A DNA stretch of 26,663 nt, taken from the IMG/VR virus record IMGVR_UViG_3300047314_000275, positions 1 to 26,663 of that record, one strand, 5' to 3'. This DNA comes from a virus (taxonomy: Duplodnaviria; Caudoviricetes). The notes below the pieces were generated by a model that had not been told where the DNA came from, did no database searches, and saw nothing but the letters and a program-made list of their open reading frames with translations. Shown here one piece after another: positions 16,520 through 24,663 of the stretch; within the stretch, counting starts at the first letter, position 1; each line of letters begins with the position of its first letter. The position numbers and the translations under genes were made by a program.

Positions 16520-18187
16520 TCACGGAGTTACGCCGGCCTGGGGAACCAGCGAGGCATGCGAAGCGGCCAGGTCGCGCACCGAACGGAGCGCGCCATCCGC
16601 GGCCGCGTCGCCCGCACGCCGCACCGTCTGGGAGTCCGTGCCGGGCGGCAGCATGACGTTCGTGGTGGGCTTGATCTCGTTGTGGACGTTCTGCACTGCG
16701 CCCGGAGGCACCGGAGCGGTCGCTCGCGCGATCGGCTTGCCTCGCGCGTCGACGGTCTTGCCCTGGCGGATGACCTCGCCGTGCTCGTCGAGAGGGCGCC
16801 CCTGCTTGTCGACCGTCATGCCCTTGCGCACGGGCAGCTCGTTGTCCGCAGCGCGACGGCGCGTTCTCGCGCGTTCGTTCTGCACCTGGTTGACGGCCTT
16901 GAACGGATCCCAGGTACCCTGCTTCACCATCTCGCCGATCGTGCCGGTGATGCCGAGCCCCTCGGTTACGTCCCCGAACGCCTTGATCTGCTGGATGAGC
17001 GCGATGAGTCCTTCCGCGGCCAGCGCGGCCGCAGTGAGCGGCGGCGCCAGGGCCAGGAACGCGGTGACGAGCGCCGGCAGCGCCGCCACGGCGGCCGCGG
17101 CTCCGCTCACGAGCTCGACGCCGAGGATCATCGCCAGCCCCGCGATCGCCGTCTTGAGGGGCCCCGCGTTGCGCATGAGCTCCTTCACCTTGTCGATGAT
17201 GCCCTGCACCGCGGCGCGCACCTTCTCGGCCGTGCCTTTCCCGAAGAGGCGGTCTAGCGTATCGCCGAGTAGCGACTTGCCGCCGTTCATGAAGACGAAG
17301 AAGTCTTCGAGAATCAGGATCGGCACGATGGTCTTGAAGAACAGACCAATCAACGTACGCAGCACCGCACTGAGACCGCCGAGGTGTCCGATCAGCGCGA
17401 CCACTCCCTTGAACGTGAACCCTGTCGTCGCCGCTTCCAGGAGCTTCGTGTCCTTGGTCCACGTACGAAAGTCCGCAACGAGGTGAGCGACCTTCGTCAC
17501 GAGGTCGGCGAGGATCGGTAGAACGGCGGCCGCGATGTTGCTCTTGAGCCCCGTGAATGCGAAGTCGAGGCGCGCGCTCGCCTCTTCCATCTCCATGGCG
17601 CCCTTGACGCCCTCTTCCGAGAAACCGCCGCCGAGGCTCTTCGCTTCCTCGGTCAGCGCCTTGATGCCCTCGCGTCCCTTGGCGAGCAGCGGCACGAGCG
17701 CGACGCCGCCGCGGCCGAAGAGCTTCATGGCGAGCGCGGCGCGGTCGCTCGCGTTCGTCATGTGTGAGAACTTGTCGGCGAGATCGGGAAGGAAGTCGGC
17801 GGCAGTGCGCGTGCCGTTGAGATCCTTCGTGTCGATGCCTTCGATCTTCGCGCCCTTCGCCTTCACAAGGGTGCGGCTCAGCCGGGCGAGCGCGGTGTCG
17901 AGCTCCTCGGCGCCCACGCCCGAGAGCTTGGCCGCGTACTCCAGCTCCTGGAGCTTCTCGATCGAGACACCGGTCTTGGTCGACATATGCTCGAGCGCGA
18001 CGCCCGTGTGCACGATGCCCTCGACGAATTCCTTGACCTCCCGAAAAATGAAAGCCTCGGCGACAATGCCGCCGAGGTGCTTGAGGGTTCCGATGAACCC
18101 TTCGACTTTGTTGTGCGCCTTGTCGACGTCCTTCGTGTCGGCAACGAGACCGAACTCGACAAGCACGGACCGGAGCGGGCTGGACAT
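16520..18187 (-). CDS. Tail tape measure protein (555 aa)
   Basis: Ala/Leu/Gly helical composition, LFGRGG.AL.PLL motif, hydrophobic segments, position after chaperone. Confidence 0.9.
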   Translation of the reverse strand: MSSPLRSVLVEFGLVADTKDVDKAHNKVEGFIGTLKHLGGIVAEAFIFREVKEFVEGIVHTGVALEHMSTKTGVSIEKLQELEYAAKLSGVGAEELDTALARLSRTLVKAKGAKIEGIDTKDLNGTRTAADFLPDLADKFSHMTNASDRAALAMKLFGRGGVALVPLLAKGREGIKALTEEAKSLGGGFSEEGVKGAMEMEEASARLDFAFTGLKSNIAAAVLPILADLVTKVAHLVADFRTWTKDTKLLEAATTGFTFKGVVALIGHLGGLSAVLRTLIGLFFKTIVPILILEDFFVFMNGGKSLLGDTLDRLFGKGTAEKVRAAVQGIIDKVKELMRNAGPLKTAIAGLAMILGVELVSGAAAAVAALPALVTAFLALAPPLTAAALAAEGLIALIQQIKAFGDVTEGLGITGTIGEMVKQGTWDPFKAVNQVQNERARTRRRAADNELPVRKGMTVDKQGRPLDEHGEVIRQGKTVDARGKPIARATAPVPPGAVQNVHNEIKPTTNVMLPPGTDSQTVRRAGDAAADGALRSVRDLAASHASLVPQAGVTP

Positions 18188-18201
18188 CTAGTTGGTGTGT
18201 T

Positions 18202-18471
18202 CTATCGCTTGTCGCCCCGTGCCGCTTCCGCCTGCGCGTCCGCAATCTTGCGAGCGAGCTCGTCCTCCACGTTCAACGCGAGGTGCGCCTCAATCAACCA
18301 CTCCGCGGGCCACTGGGTTTCGATCTCGGCGCGCGTCGAGTTGTTCTTCTCGTGGTTGACGATGCGCCAGATGAACCAGTTCAGGCCGTTTGGGATCTCT
18401 ACGAAGACGTCGTTGCGCCTGCGCCGCCGCTCGTGGGGGAGCTCTTTGCGGTCGAGCTCCGGAAGACGTCT
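18202..18471 (-). CDS. -1 frame extension of the tail assembly chaperone (gpGT-like, 89 aa)
   Basis: Open -1 frame from the slippery site to TAG 18204-18202: RRLPELDRKELPHERRRRRNDVFVEIPNGLNWFIWRIVNHEKNNSTRAEIETQWPAEWLIEAHLALNVEDELARKIADAQAEAARGDKR. Confidence 0.85.
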   Translation of the reverse strand, partial: RRLPELDRKELPHERRRRRNDVFVEIPNGLNWFIWRIVNHEKNNSTRAEIETQWPAEWLIEAHLALNVEDELARKIADAQAEAARGDKR

Positions 18472-18860
18472 AAAAAATCAGCGTAATTGTGCTTCAGGCA
18501 CGCGATGACCCACTTGGTCCAGTGCGCGCCGCGCGCGGAGAAGTGCTGCTCGTAGACCGAGTCGAGCTTCACCCAGATCATGTCCACGCCGGTGCCGGTC
18601 GTCGCCATGCCGAGCTCGCACGTCTGCGCGAAGATGGTGCCAAGCCGCTGGAGCATGCCCACTGGGATGAGCGAGAACGCGGAGAAGATGACGCGGGTAG
18701 CGATGTCCTCCGCCGTTCCGCCCTTGCTCATGGACGCCGCGACAGAATCGCCCAGGATGCTGCGCAGCTCGTCGTACAGGGCGAGCATCGGGGTCGTGTT
18801 GAGCGACGTCACCTTGTACTTGACGTCGTCGACGGTGATGATTTCGGTCTTGCTTGCCAT
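18399..18860 (-). CDS. Tail assembly chaperone (gpG-like)
   Basis: Between tube and tape measure; contains the slippery site near its 3' end. Confidence 0.85.
   Translation of the reverse strand: MASKTEIITVDDVKYKVTSLNTTPMLALYDELRSILGDSVAASMSKGGTAEDIATRVIFSAFSLIPVGMLQRLGTIFAQTCELGMATTGTGVDMIWVKLDSVYEQHFSARGAHWTKWVIACLKHNYADFLDVFRSSTAKSSPTSGGAGATTSS
18438..18477 (-). promoter_or_regulatory. Programmed -1 ribosomal frameshift signal
   Basis: In-frame T TTT TTA heptamer (18477-18471), followed 10 nt later by hairpin GGAGCTC-GACCGCAAA-GAGCTCC. Confidence 0.85.
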
Positions 18861-18896
18861 GTCCTGTCCTCAGAGCGCGTGAACCGCCGGGCGGGC

Positions 18897-19322
18897 CTAG
18901 TGTCCGCCGACGATGCGCGCGAGTCCGGCGGAGATGAATGCCCAGGTGACGTCCTTGGCTTCCTTGCCGAACTTCTCATCCGCCATCTTCTGGATCACGG
19001 CCGCGGTGTCGATGCCCTTGCTCGTGCCGAGACGGTCCTCATAGAGCAGCGGCGCGGGCCCGCCGCCTTCGATGAGCCTGCTCGCCAGGTGGTAGGCGGT
19101 CAGCAGGATGTTCGCCGAGCTCGTCTGGAGCAGGGTCGCCTTGATGATGGTGACGCCCCCGGGGATCTTGTTGAAGACGACGTCGCCTCCGATCCCGACG
19201 GTGGTCGTCCAATCGTCCGCCGCCTTGGCGATGTCGAGGAAGTCGCCTTCCCCGAGTCCGACGGCGACGTCGATCGACGCGAATTTGAACGTGATGACGT
19301 CGGGTGCGTAAACGGTGCTCAT
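18897..19322 (-). CDS. Tail tube protein (DUF3277-like)
   Basis: VYAPDVI...GLGEGDFLDI...VGIGGDV...ATLLQTSSANILL...FGKEA..VTW; follows sheath. Confidence 0.88.
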   Translation of the reverse strand: MSTVYAPDVITFKFASIDVAVGLGEGDFLDIAKAADDWTTTVGIGGDVVFNKIPGGVTIIKATLLQTSSANILLTAYHLASRLIEGGGPAPLLYEDRLGTSKGIDTAAVIQKMADEKFGKEAKDVTWAFISAGLARIVGGH

Positions 19323-19339
19323 GGTTCGGTCCTACCCTT

Positions 19340-20689
19340 TCAGGAAGACACGGTGCCGCGCACCGCAACACTGTGGAGCGCTCCGGAGAGCGTGTACGAG
19401 AACTTGAACGGCGAGGTCGCGCCGACCTTCCGCGATGCCTTGTCGGTCACGCTGATGTCGCCGATTGCCGGCGCGGTGACGACCACGGGCACATCGTCCG
19501 CGATGCCGCCGACGTTGACACCCTTTTTCAGGGAGCCTTCGATCGTCAGCTTCACGTGACTCAGGCCGCGGCTCGTGAATGGCTCCTTCGGAGGAGTGGC
19601 GAGCTCGACGAACACGTCGAAGTCGATCTCCGAGTTCTGCCAATCGATGAAGCGAGTGACGTCGAGGAACCGGCCGCTCGCCGCCTTGCCTTCCCACGAG
19701 ATGTTCGTGGAATGCGTGGTGACGTAGATGTTGCCGTTCTTCGTGTCGACCGCGCTCTTGAACGCGCTCTTGAGCTTGTCGACCGTGACGCCTGCGACGG
19801 GACGGAAGGCCCAGGTTTCGACGCCCGGGTCGACCGCGAGGCGGCCGCCGAGGACGCCGCACGCGAGCCACTCGGTGCCGGCGATGCGCTTGTGGAAGAA
19901 GCACCCAGTGCGGGTGTACGTTCCCGTCTGGAGCGCGGCCATGGTGTCCGTCGAGGAGCCGGAGTCGCCGCAGGCGGTGTCGCTGCTCTGCACGACCGCG
20001 ATCGCCTTCTGGCTGCGCCCTTCGACGTACGCCGCGAGTAGCAGGGCCGTAGCCTTGCTGCTCGAGTCGCACACCGTGGCGCCGTACCAGGAGACGGTGT
20101 CTCCATCGAGCTCGGCGTCGACCGCTGCGAGGACGTCGTCCGTAGTCGTGTCCGCCGTGGTCTCGAGGACCGTGAGGTCCGGGCTCTTGCCGTAGTTCAT
20201 GGCGTAGTCGACCGGGGCTCCGGGAGTCGAGGCGGTGACCGTGATGGTGCCCGTCACCGAGACGGCGGCCACGCTCGAGAGAGCATCGATCAGCGCAGCG
20301 AGGGCCGTGCCGATGGATGTCGCGTCCGCGCCGCCGAGCACCGTGTAGGTGAGCTCGGTCCCGGCAACCGTCAGTCTGTAGACGTAGCCCTGCGTGGTGT
20401 TCGTCGGGATGAGCGTCACGACCTGCGTCAGCGGCGCGTGCCGGCGCCCGATCATGAACTGCTTCGGCGCCTGGGCCTGCGACATCAGAGTCGTCGCCGC
20501 GTTGTACAGGTAGTCGCTCGTCGTGAAGCCGTCGGTCAGCATCTCGGCGGTGCTGCCGTAAAGCCGGTGCTCCACGTCGATCCACCGCGTGTGGTACCCG
20601 ATCAGGATCGGAATGCCGAAGCTCGGGCGCTGCGGCGCAAGGTCGGCGATCGTGACGACGACGTCGACGATGTTGTCCACGCTGCTCAT
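19340..20689 (-). CDS. Tail sheath protein (DUF3383-like)
   Basis: IVDVVVTI...FGIPILIG, PGVETWAFRPVAGV, EGKAASGRFLDVTRFIDW, YTLSGALHSVAVRGTV. Confidence 0.92.
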   Translation of the reverse strand: MSSVDNIVDVVVTIADLAPQRPSFGIPILIGYHTRWIDVEHRLYGSTAEMLTDGFTTSDYLYNAATTLMSQAQAPKQFMIGRRHAPLTQVVTLIPTNTTQGYVYRLTVAGTELTYTVLGGADATSIGTALAALIDALSSVAAVSVTGTITVTASTPGAPVDYAMNYGKSPDLTVLETTADTTTDDVLAAVDAELDGDTVSWYGATVCDSSSKATALLLAAYVEGRSQKAIAVVQSSDTACGDSGSSTDTMAALQTGTYTRTGCFFHKRIAGTEWLACGVLGGRLAVDPGVETWAFRPVAGVTVDKLKSAFKSAVDTKNGNIYVTTHSTNISWEGKAASGRFLDVTRFIDWQNSEIDFDVFVELATPPKEPFTSRGLSHVKLTIEGSLKKGVNVGGIADDVPVVVTAPAIGDISVTDKASRKVGATSPFKFSYTLSGALHSVAVRGTVSS

Positions 20690-21000
20690 GTGCGGCTCCA
20701 GCAGCCCGGCGCGGGCTTGTTCGAGAACTTCACGCCGAGGACCTTGCGGATTTGCTCACGCTGGATCCTCGGGTTCGGGTGCTGCACGGGCAGGACCTTC
20801 AGGTCTGCCGTTCCGTCGGGCGCGACGGAGAGGAGGATGGCGTCATGCTCGCGCTTGCGCGCGTGGACGTTCCACGGCTGCTTCGCCTCGGGCACTCCGG
20901 CTTCCGCCTCGGGGGGCATGTAGCGCACGAGCGTGCCCGGGGCGTCGCTCGCGGATGCCGCTGGCGCCGACTGGGGCGCTTCGTTCTCGGGCTCTTGCAT
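20686..21000 (-). CDS. Hypothetical protein (104 aa)
   Basis: ATG at 21000 with AAGGA RBS; ATGA overlap with the sheath start; C-terminal part of track ORF 20686..21606. Confidence 0.72.
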   Translation of the reverse strand: MQEPENEAPQSAPAASASDAPGTLVRYMPPEAEAGVPEAKQPWNVHARKREHDAILLSVAPDGTADLKVLPVQHPNPRIQREQIRKVLGVKFSNKPAPGCWSRT

Positions 21001-21014
21001 TGTGGGCTTTTCCT

Positions 21015-21614
21015 TCAGGTGACGGACACGACGTGTCCGCGAACGTTCGGTGGAACCGGCAGCTCTACGCCGCCTTCGGACACGTGGGAGTCGTACGCGA
21101 TCGAATCGATCCAGCCGCTGTTCGGCGGGAACGGGTTGTCGTCTTGGAACGCCGCGCCGAGCATCAGGTCGAACTGAGAGATGGTCTCGATGTGGTCGTC
21201 GTTCTTCGCGGAGAAGTTGACGGTGTCGTGGATCTCGATCAGCGAGGAGTTCACGGCGATGAGGGCCTCGAGCGAGGACTCGCGCCGTAGCCGCGTCCGC
21301 ACGCGCTCGGAGTAGGCGAAGCACCAATCGGCCATCGTGGCCTCCTGGCATTCGAAGCGGGTCGTCAGCTTGATGCGACGCTGCCCATGGACCTCTTCCG
21401 TGAGTTGCTTCTTCGTGTCGTCGTAGCGCATGCGCCGCTCGTCGCGGCCATAGCCGTAGATGCCGGTGACCTTGACGGTCAGCGTGAGACCCGTGGTCGG
21501 GTCCGTGAACGTCCGCTTGCCCTCGTCGAGCTGAGCCTCGATGTCCCAGTCCGGGCTCGCGAGTCCCGCGAGCAGCTGGGCCACCGCGGGCATCCACGTC
21601 TCCCAATCGATCAT
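21015..21614 (-). CDS. Tail terminator / neck protein
   Basis: Size and position just before the sheath; alpha/beta pattern. Confidence 0.65.
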   Translation of the reverse strand: MIDWETWMPAVAQLLAGLASPDWDIEAQLDEGKRTFTDPTTGLTLTVKVTGIYGYGRDERRMRYDDTKKQLTEEVHGQRRIKLTTRFECQEATMADWCFAYSERVRTRLRRESSLEALIAVNSSLIEIHDTVNFSAKNDDHIETISQFDLMLGAAFQDDNPFPPNSGWIDSIAYDSHVSEGGVELPVPPNVRGHVVSVT

Positions 21615-21621
21615 CGGTGCT

Positions 21622-22098
21622 TCACCGGTCGTAGACCTTGTAGTCGACCGCCTTGCGCGTCTCGCCCGAGTCGATGCCTGGTGTCGACGAGCCCTTGGCC
21701 TTGATGGTGGATGCGGCGTTCTCGGGAGGCAGCCCGGTTGCCCAGCGCGTCACGATGCCGAACTTCGCCTTGATGCCGAAGGCTTCCATCGCCTGCCGGC
21801 CGCTCGTGATGGCGCCGGTCACGATACCCTCGGCGAGCTTGCGGAGGAGCGCGCGATTGGGATCCACGTTCTCGTCGAACCAGTCCCCGAGCCACGAGCG
21901 CCGGTCGACCTTGCTGGTCCCGTGCTCGAGCCATCCGGCGACCTCTCCGATCGTCGCGCCGCTCCCAGACGGGTGCGGTTGGTCGGCGACATCGTCGTGG
22001 ATGCCGACGGTCACGCGCGCGAGCTTCGCTTCCTCGATGCGCTTGCGCAGCGCCGCGTATCCGTGATCGGTGTCGGTGAGACGCGCGCCGCCGGACAT
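21622..22098 (-). CDS. Neck / tail-completion (virion morphogenesis) protein
   Basis: VTVGIH...EHGT..V..RSWL...PENAASTIKAKGSSTPGIDSGE.RKAVDYKV. Confidence 0.82.
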   Translation of the reverse strand: MSGGARLTDTDHGYAALRKRIEEAKLARVTVGIHDDVADQPHPSGSGATIGEVAGWLEHGTSKVDRRSWLGDWFDENVDPNRALLRKLAEGIVTGAITSGRQAMEAFGIKAKFGIVTRWATGLPPENAASTIKAKGSSTPGIDSGETRKAVDYKVYDR

Positions 22099-22382
22099 CA
22101 GAGTCCCGCCACGCTCAGGAACCAGAGCCGATCGAACTGCTTCTGGTAGCTCGCGACCTTGCTGTCGTCGACGAGGCGTGCCGCCTTCGCGTACGGCAGC
22201 GCCGAGATTTGGAGGGCCGCGCGGAACCGCTGGATCTGGTCCTGGTTCGACGAACCCGTGGCGAAGAACTTCGCTTCCTCGACGAATGCGAGCGCCGCAT
22301 CGAGCTCGCCCTGGACGAGGTCGTCGGGCACGGTTTTCATTTCACCGTGGAACGTGCGGAACGTTTCGATGTCCATTGCCAC
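22098..22382 (-). CDS. Head-tail adaptor, DUF4054-like
   Basis: MDIETFRTFHGEMKTVPDDLVQGELDAA resembles the DUF4054 N-terminus; position fits. Confidence 0.65.
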   Translation of the reverse strand: MAMDIETFRTFHGEMKTVPDDLVQGELDAALAFVEEAKFFATGSSNQDQIQRFRAALQISALPYAKAARLVDDSKVASYQKQFDRLWFLSVAGL

Positions 22383-22388
22383 GCGCGT

Positions 22389-23060
22389 CTACTCCGCGGC
22401 GGCTTCCACCACCGGCATGCGCTTCGCGATCCAGTCGACCGCGGGGCGATAGGTCTGGTCGCCGATGTGGTCGAGAACGACGCCCGGGTGTACCCAGATC
22501 GCGCCGCCCATCGCCGTCCACCGCTTGCAGAACGAGAAGTCTTCCGCGTCGTACTTCACGGGGTCGTAGTGCATCTCCCAGAGCGCCACGACCGGCCGCT
22601 TCAGCACCGAGCTCGTGTAGCTGAGCGTCGGCGCGTACTCCTTGACCATCGCTTCCACGACGGAGCGCTCGAGCAGGAGGAAGCCTCCCGGAGCGCCGGA
22701 CGCGAGCAGGAGGTCATCCTCGACGTGGCCCGCGAGCGTGACCGGAGGCAGCCTGTCCGCCGTCTTCTTCGCGTACACGCCCGAGACGAACGACTTGCCG
22801 GTCTTGAGTAGCGCGGCGAGATGCTGCGGCCCCCAGCCGATGTCCGCGTCGACGCAGAGCATGTGCGTCGCGGGCGACTCGAGGAAGAGCTGAGTGAGGT
22901 CGTCGCGCCCCCAGGGGAGCACCGACGTGCGGTGCACCTGGAACATGGTCGCGTCGGGGAACGCCAGCTGCGTGCACAGCGCGCCGGCAACCCACTCGGT
23001 GCAGACGCGGCCGTCGTGGCTCGGCGTCGCGATGAAGATCGTCGGTTGGCTCACGGTCAT
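22389..23060 (-). CDS. GT-A fold (GT2-like) glycosyltransferase
   Basis: IFIATP, THMLCVDADIGW (DxD), GGFLLLER, EDFSFCKRW and LDHIG; ATGA overlap with the upstream gene. Confidence 0.88.
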   Translation of the reverse strand: MTVSQPTIFIATPSHDGRVCTEWVAGALCTQLAFPDATMFQVHRTSVLPWGRDDLTQLFLESPATHMLCVDADIGWGPQHLAALLKTGKSFVSGVYAKKTADRLPPVTLAGHVEDDLLLASGAPGGFLLLERSVVEAMVKEYAPTLSYTSSVLKRPVVALWEMHYDPVKYDAEDFSFCKRWTAMGGAIWVHPGVVLDHIGDQTYRPAVDWIAKRMPVVEAAAE

Positions 23061-23494
23061 CCTAGCGGCAGCTCAGCGCTGCCCAATCCGCCGTACTGGA
23101 AACTGGCGTTGCTCCAGGCATCGCCTTGGTAGCCGCCCTCGCTGAAGTAGTCGCCGACCATGGGCGTCGCCATGAAGATCGATAGCCGGCCGCACCACAT
23201 GCGCCCGTTCTTGCGCGCGTCGATGATGGGCGACGAGCCCGTCTGCTTCGCGTACCACTCGACCTTGTTGGTGCCGGTCTGCGCGGACTTCATGCCCGCC
23301 TGCTTCAGCACCTGCGCGAGCTTCGTGTCGGCGGCGACGATGCCGGCGAGCACCGCGCGCACCAGCGTTGCAGCGCTCGTGTCGTTGCCGACGCGGTCGA
23401 TCTGGGATTCGAGCCGTGGATTCAGGTCGTGGAAGTACAGGCCAAAGCCGAGGAATACCCGGATCTGGTTCTTCTCCGTATCGGTGAATTCCAC
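23057..23494 (-). CDS. Probable head-tail connector / head completion protein (145 aa)
   Basis: Helical protein FTDTEKNQIRVFLGF...GRMWCGRLSIFM located after the capsid genes; function inferred. Confidence 0.55.
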   Translation of the reverse strand: MEFTDTEKNQIRVFLGFGLYFHDLNPRLESQIDRVGNDTSAATLVRAVLAGIVAADTKLAQVLKQAGMKSAQTGTNKVEWYAKQTGSSPIIDARKNGRMWCGRLSIFMATPMVGDYFSEGGYQGDAWSNASFQYGGLGSAELPLG

Positions 23495-23514
23495 GGCTCA
23501 GGATCCTCTTTGCA

Positions 23515-24015
23515 TCACGCGGGAGAGAGGGGCTTGCCGTCCTTGCCCTTGGGGGCGCGTGCGAGCGCGAGGTCTCGCTCCGCGAGCTCGAGCTTCTGGG
23601 CGGTCGCCCCGAGCTCGGCGCGCACGGCTTCGAGATCCGCCTCCAGCGTGAGGATGTCCTCCGCCTTCTGGGTGAGCTCGCCGCGGAGCTCTTCGTTCAC
23701 GACCGCAGCGGCGTCGAGCGCGCGCTTCTCGCGTTCGCACTCCTCTTTCGCAGCGGCCTCGCTCGCGAGCGCGATGCGGAGCGCCTCGTTCAGCTTGTTG
23801 ACCTCGTCCGCGCGCGCGGCGTCCCGCTCTTCCGCGACGATGGCGGTAGCCTTCGTCTCGGCCGGCACGGGCGACACGTCGAGCGGCAGTCGCCGGGTCC
23901 TGCAGGTCTCGATCCACTGGTCCGGGATGTTCACGGCGCCGAAGGGCTTGACATGATACTCCTCGCCCGCGAGCGAGAATTCGAGTTCGTTCTTGGTCTG
24001 GTTGTAGAGTCGCAT
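23515..24015 (-). CDS. Hypothetical coiled-coil protein (166 aa)
   Basis: AAGGA RBS; small beta N-domain followed by Glu/Ala/Leu heptads. Confidence 0.75.
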   Translation of the reverse strand: MRLYNQTKNELEFSLAGEEYHVKPFGAVNIPDQWIETCRTRRLPLDVSPVPAETKATAIVAEERDAARADEVNKLNEALRIALASEAAAKEECEREKRALDAAAVVNEELRGELTQKAEDILTLEADLEAVRAELGATAQKLELAERDLALARAPKGKDGKPLSPA

Positions 24016-24049
24016 TCTGCTCTTCCTTCGGCGCCGCTCCCCGGCGCGT

Positions 24050-24586
24050 CTACTGCGGTTGGATGTCGATGCGCGTCCCGTTCGGCGCAGACGCGATGTG
24101 CAGGTTGATCTTCGCCTTGATCGCGTTGGCGAGGGTCAGCGTGGTCGCGGCGTCGGTGCCGTCCGCCGTGGCCACCGTGTTGGTGCCGTCGTTGTTCGAG
24201 TGGACGCCGGCCTGCGTGAGGTGGCCGTTGAAGTTCGCCTTCATGGCGTTCGCGAGCGTCTGGGTCGTGGCCGCGTTCGTCCCGTCCGCCGTCGAGACGA
24301 CGTTCGTTGCGTCCGCCACCAAGTGCGTGTCCGTGTCCGCGAAGTTGGTGTTCAGGAACGCCTTGATGGCGTTGCAGAGGGCCAACGTCGTGGGAGCGTC
24401 CGTGCCGTCCGCCGTCGTCACCGTGAGGCGCGACACCGAGTAGGTCTGGTAGTCCGGGCGGACCGTCGTCTCGTACCGGCACTTGTGGAACTTCGTCGTG
24501 CTGATCTCGTCGGTGACGCGCTGGTTTTGCGCGGCGACGAGCGCGTACGCGAGCTCGGCTGGTGTGTTCAGGGCTTTGATCGCCAT
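24050..24586 (-). CDS. Capsid decoration-like protein with three ~42-aa repeats
   Basis: TADGT(D/N)A.TT..L.NA.KA..N x3; AAGGAG RBS; immediately after the capsid gene. Confidence 0.65.
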   Translation of the reverse strand: MAIKALNTPAELAYALVAAQNQRVTDEISTTKFHKCRYETTVRPDYQTYSVSRLTVTTADGTDAPTTLALCNAIKAFLNTNFADTDTHLVADATNVVSTADGTNAATTQTLANAMKANFNGHLTQAGVHSNNDGTNTVATADGTDAATTLTLANAIKAKINLHIASAPNGTRIDIQPQ

Positions 24587-24620
24587 GGTCGTGGTGCTCC
24601 TTCAGTTGGAGGAACCGGAG

Positions 24621-24650
24621 GAGGCGCGGCACCGAATTGCGCCGCGCCTC
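24621..24650 (-). other. Strong intergenic stem-loop downstream of the capsid gene
   Basis: GAGGCGCGGCGC-AATTCG-GTGCCGCGCCTC (12 bp including one G-U); no U-tract. Confidence 0.7.
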
Positions 24651-24663
24651 ACCCCAGCGCCGC

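Noticed and set aside
16494-20585. Long alternative-frame minus-strand ORFs 16494..18245 and 19332..20585 as overprinted genes
   Set aside because: Composition dominated by Arg/Gly/His, reflecting codon bias of the tape measure and sheath genes
10939-20689. Tailocin/eCIS/T6SS interpretation of the contractile tail genes
   Set aside because: Scaffold, capsid and neck genes are in the same operon, so this is a head-bearing phage
1680-21606. Track ORFs 1680..2522, 5581..6390 and 20686..21606 at full length
   Set aside because: Only their C-terminal parts look coding; real starts are at 1889, 5760 and 21000
24621-24650. Classical intrinsic terminator after the capsid gene
   Set aside because: No U-tract on either strand, so it is kept only as a stem-loop
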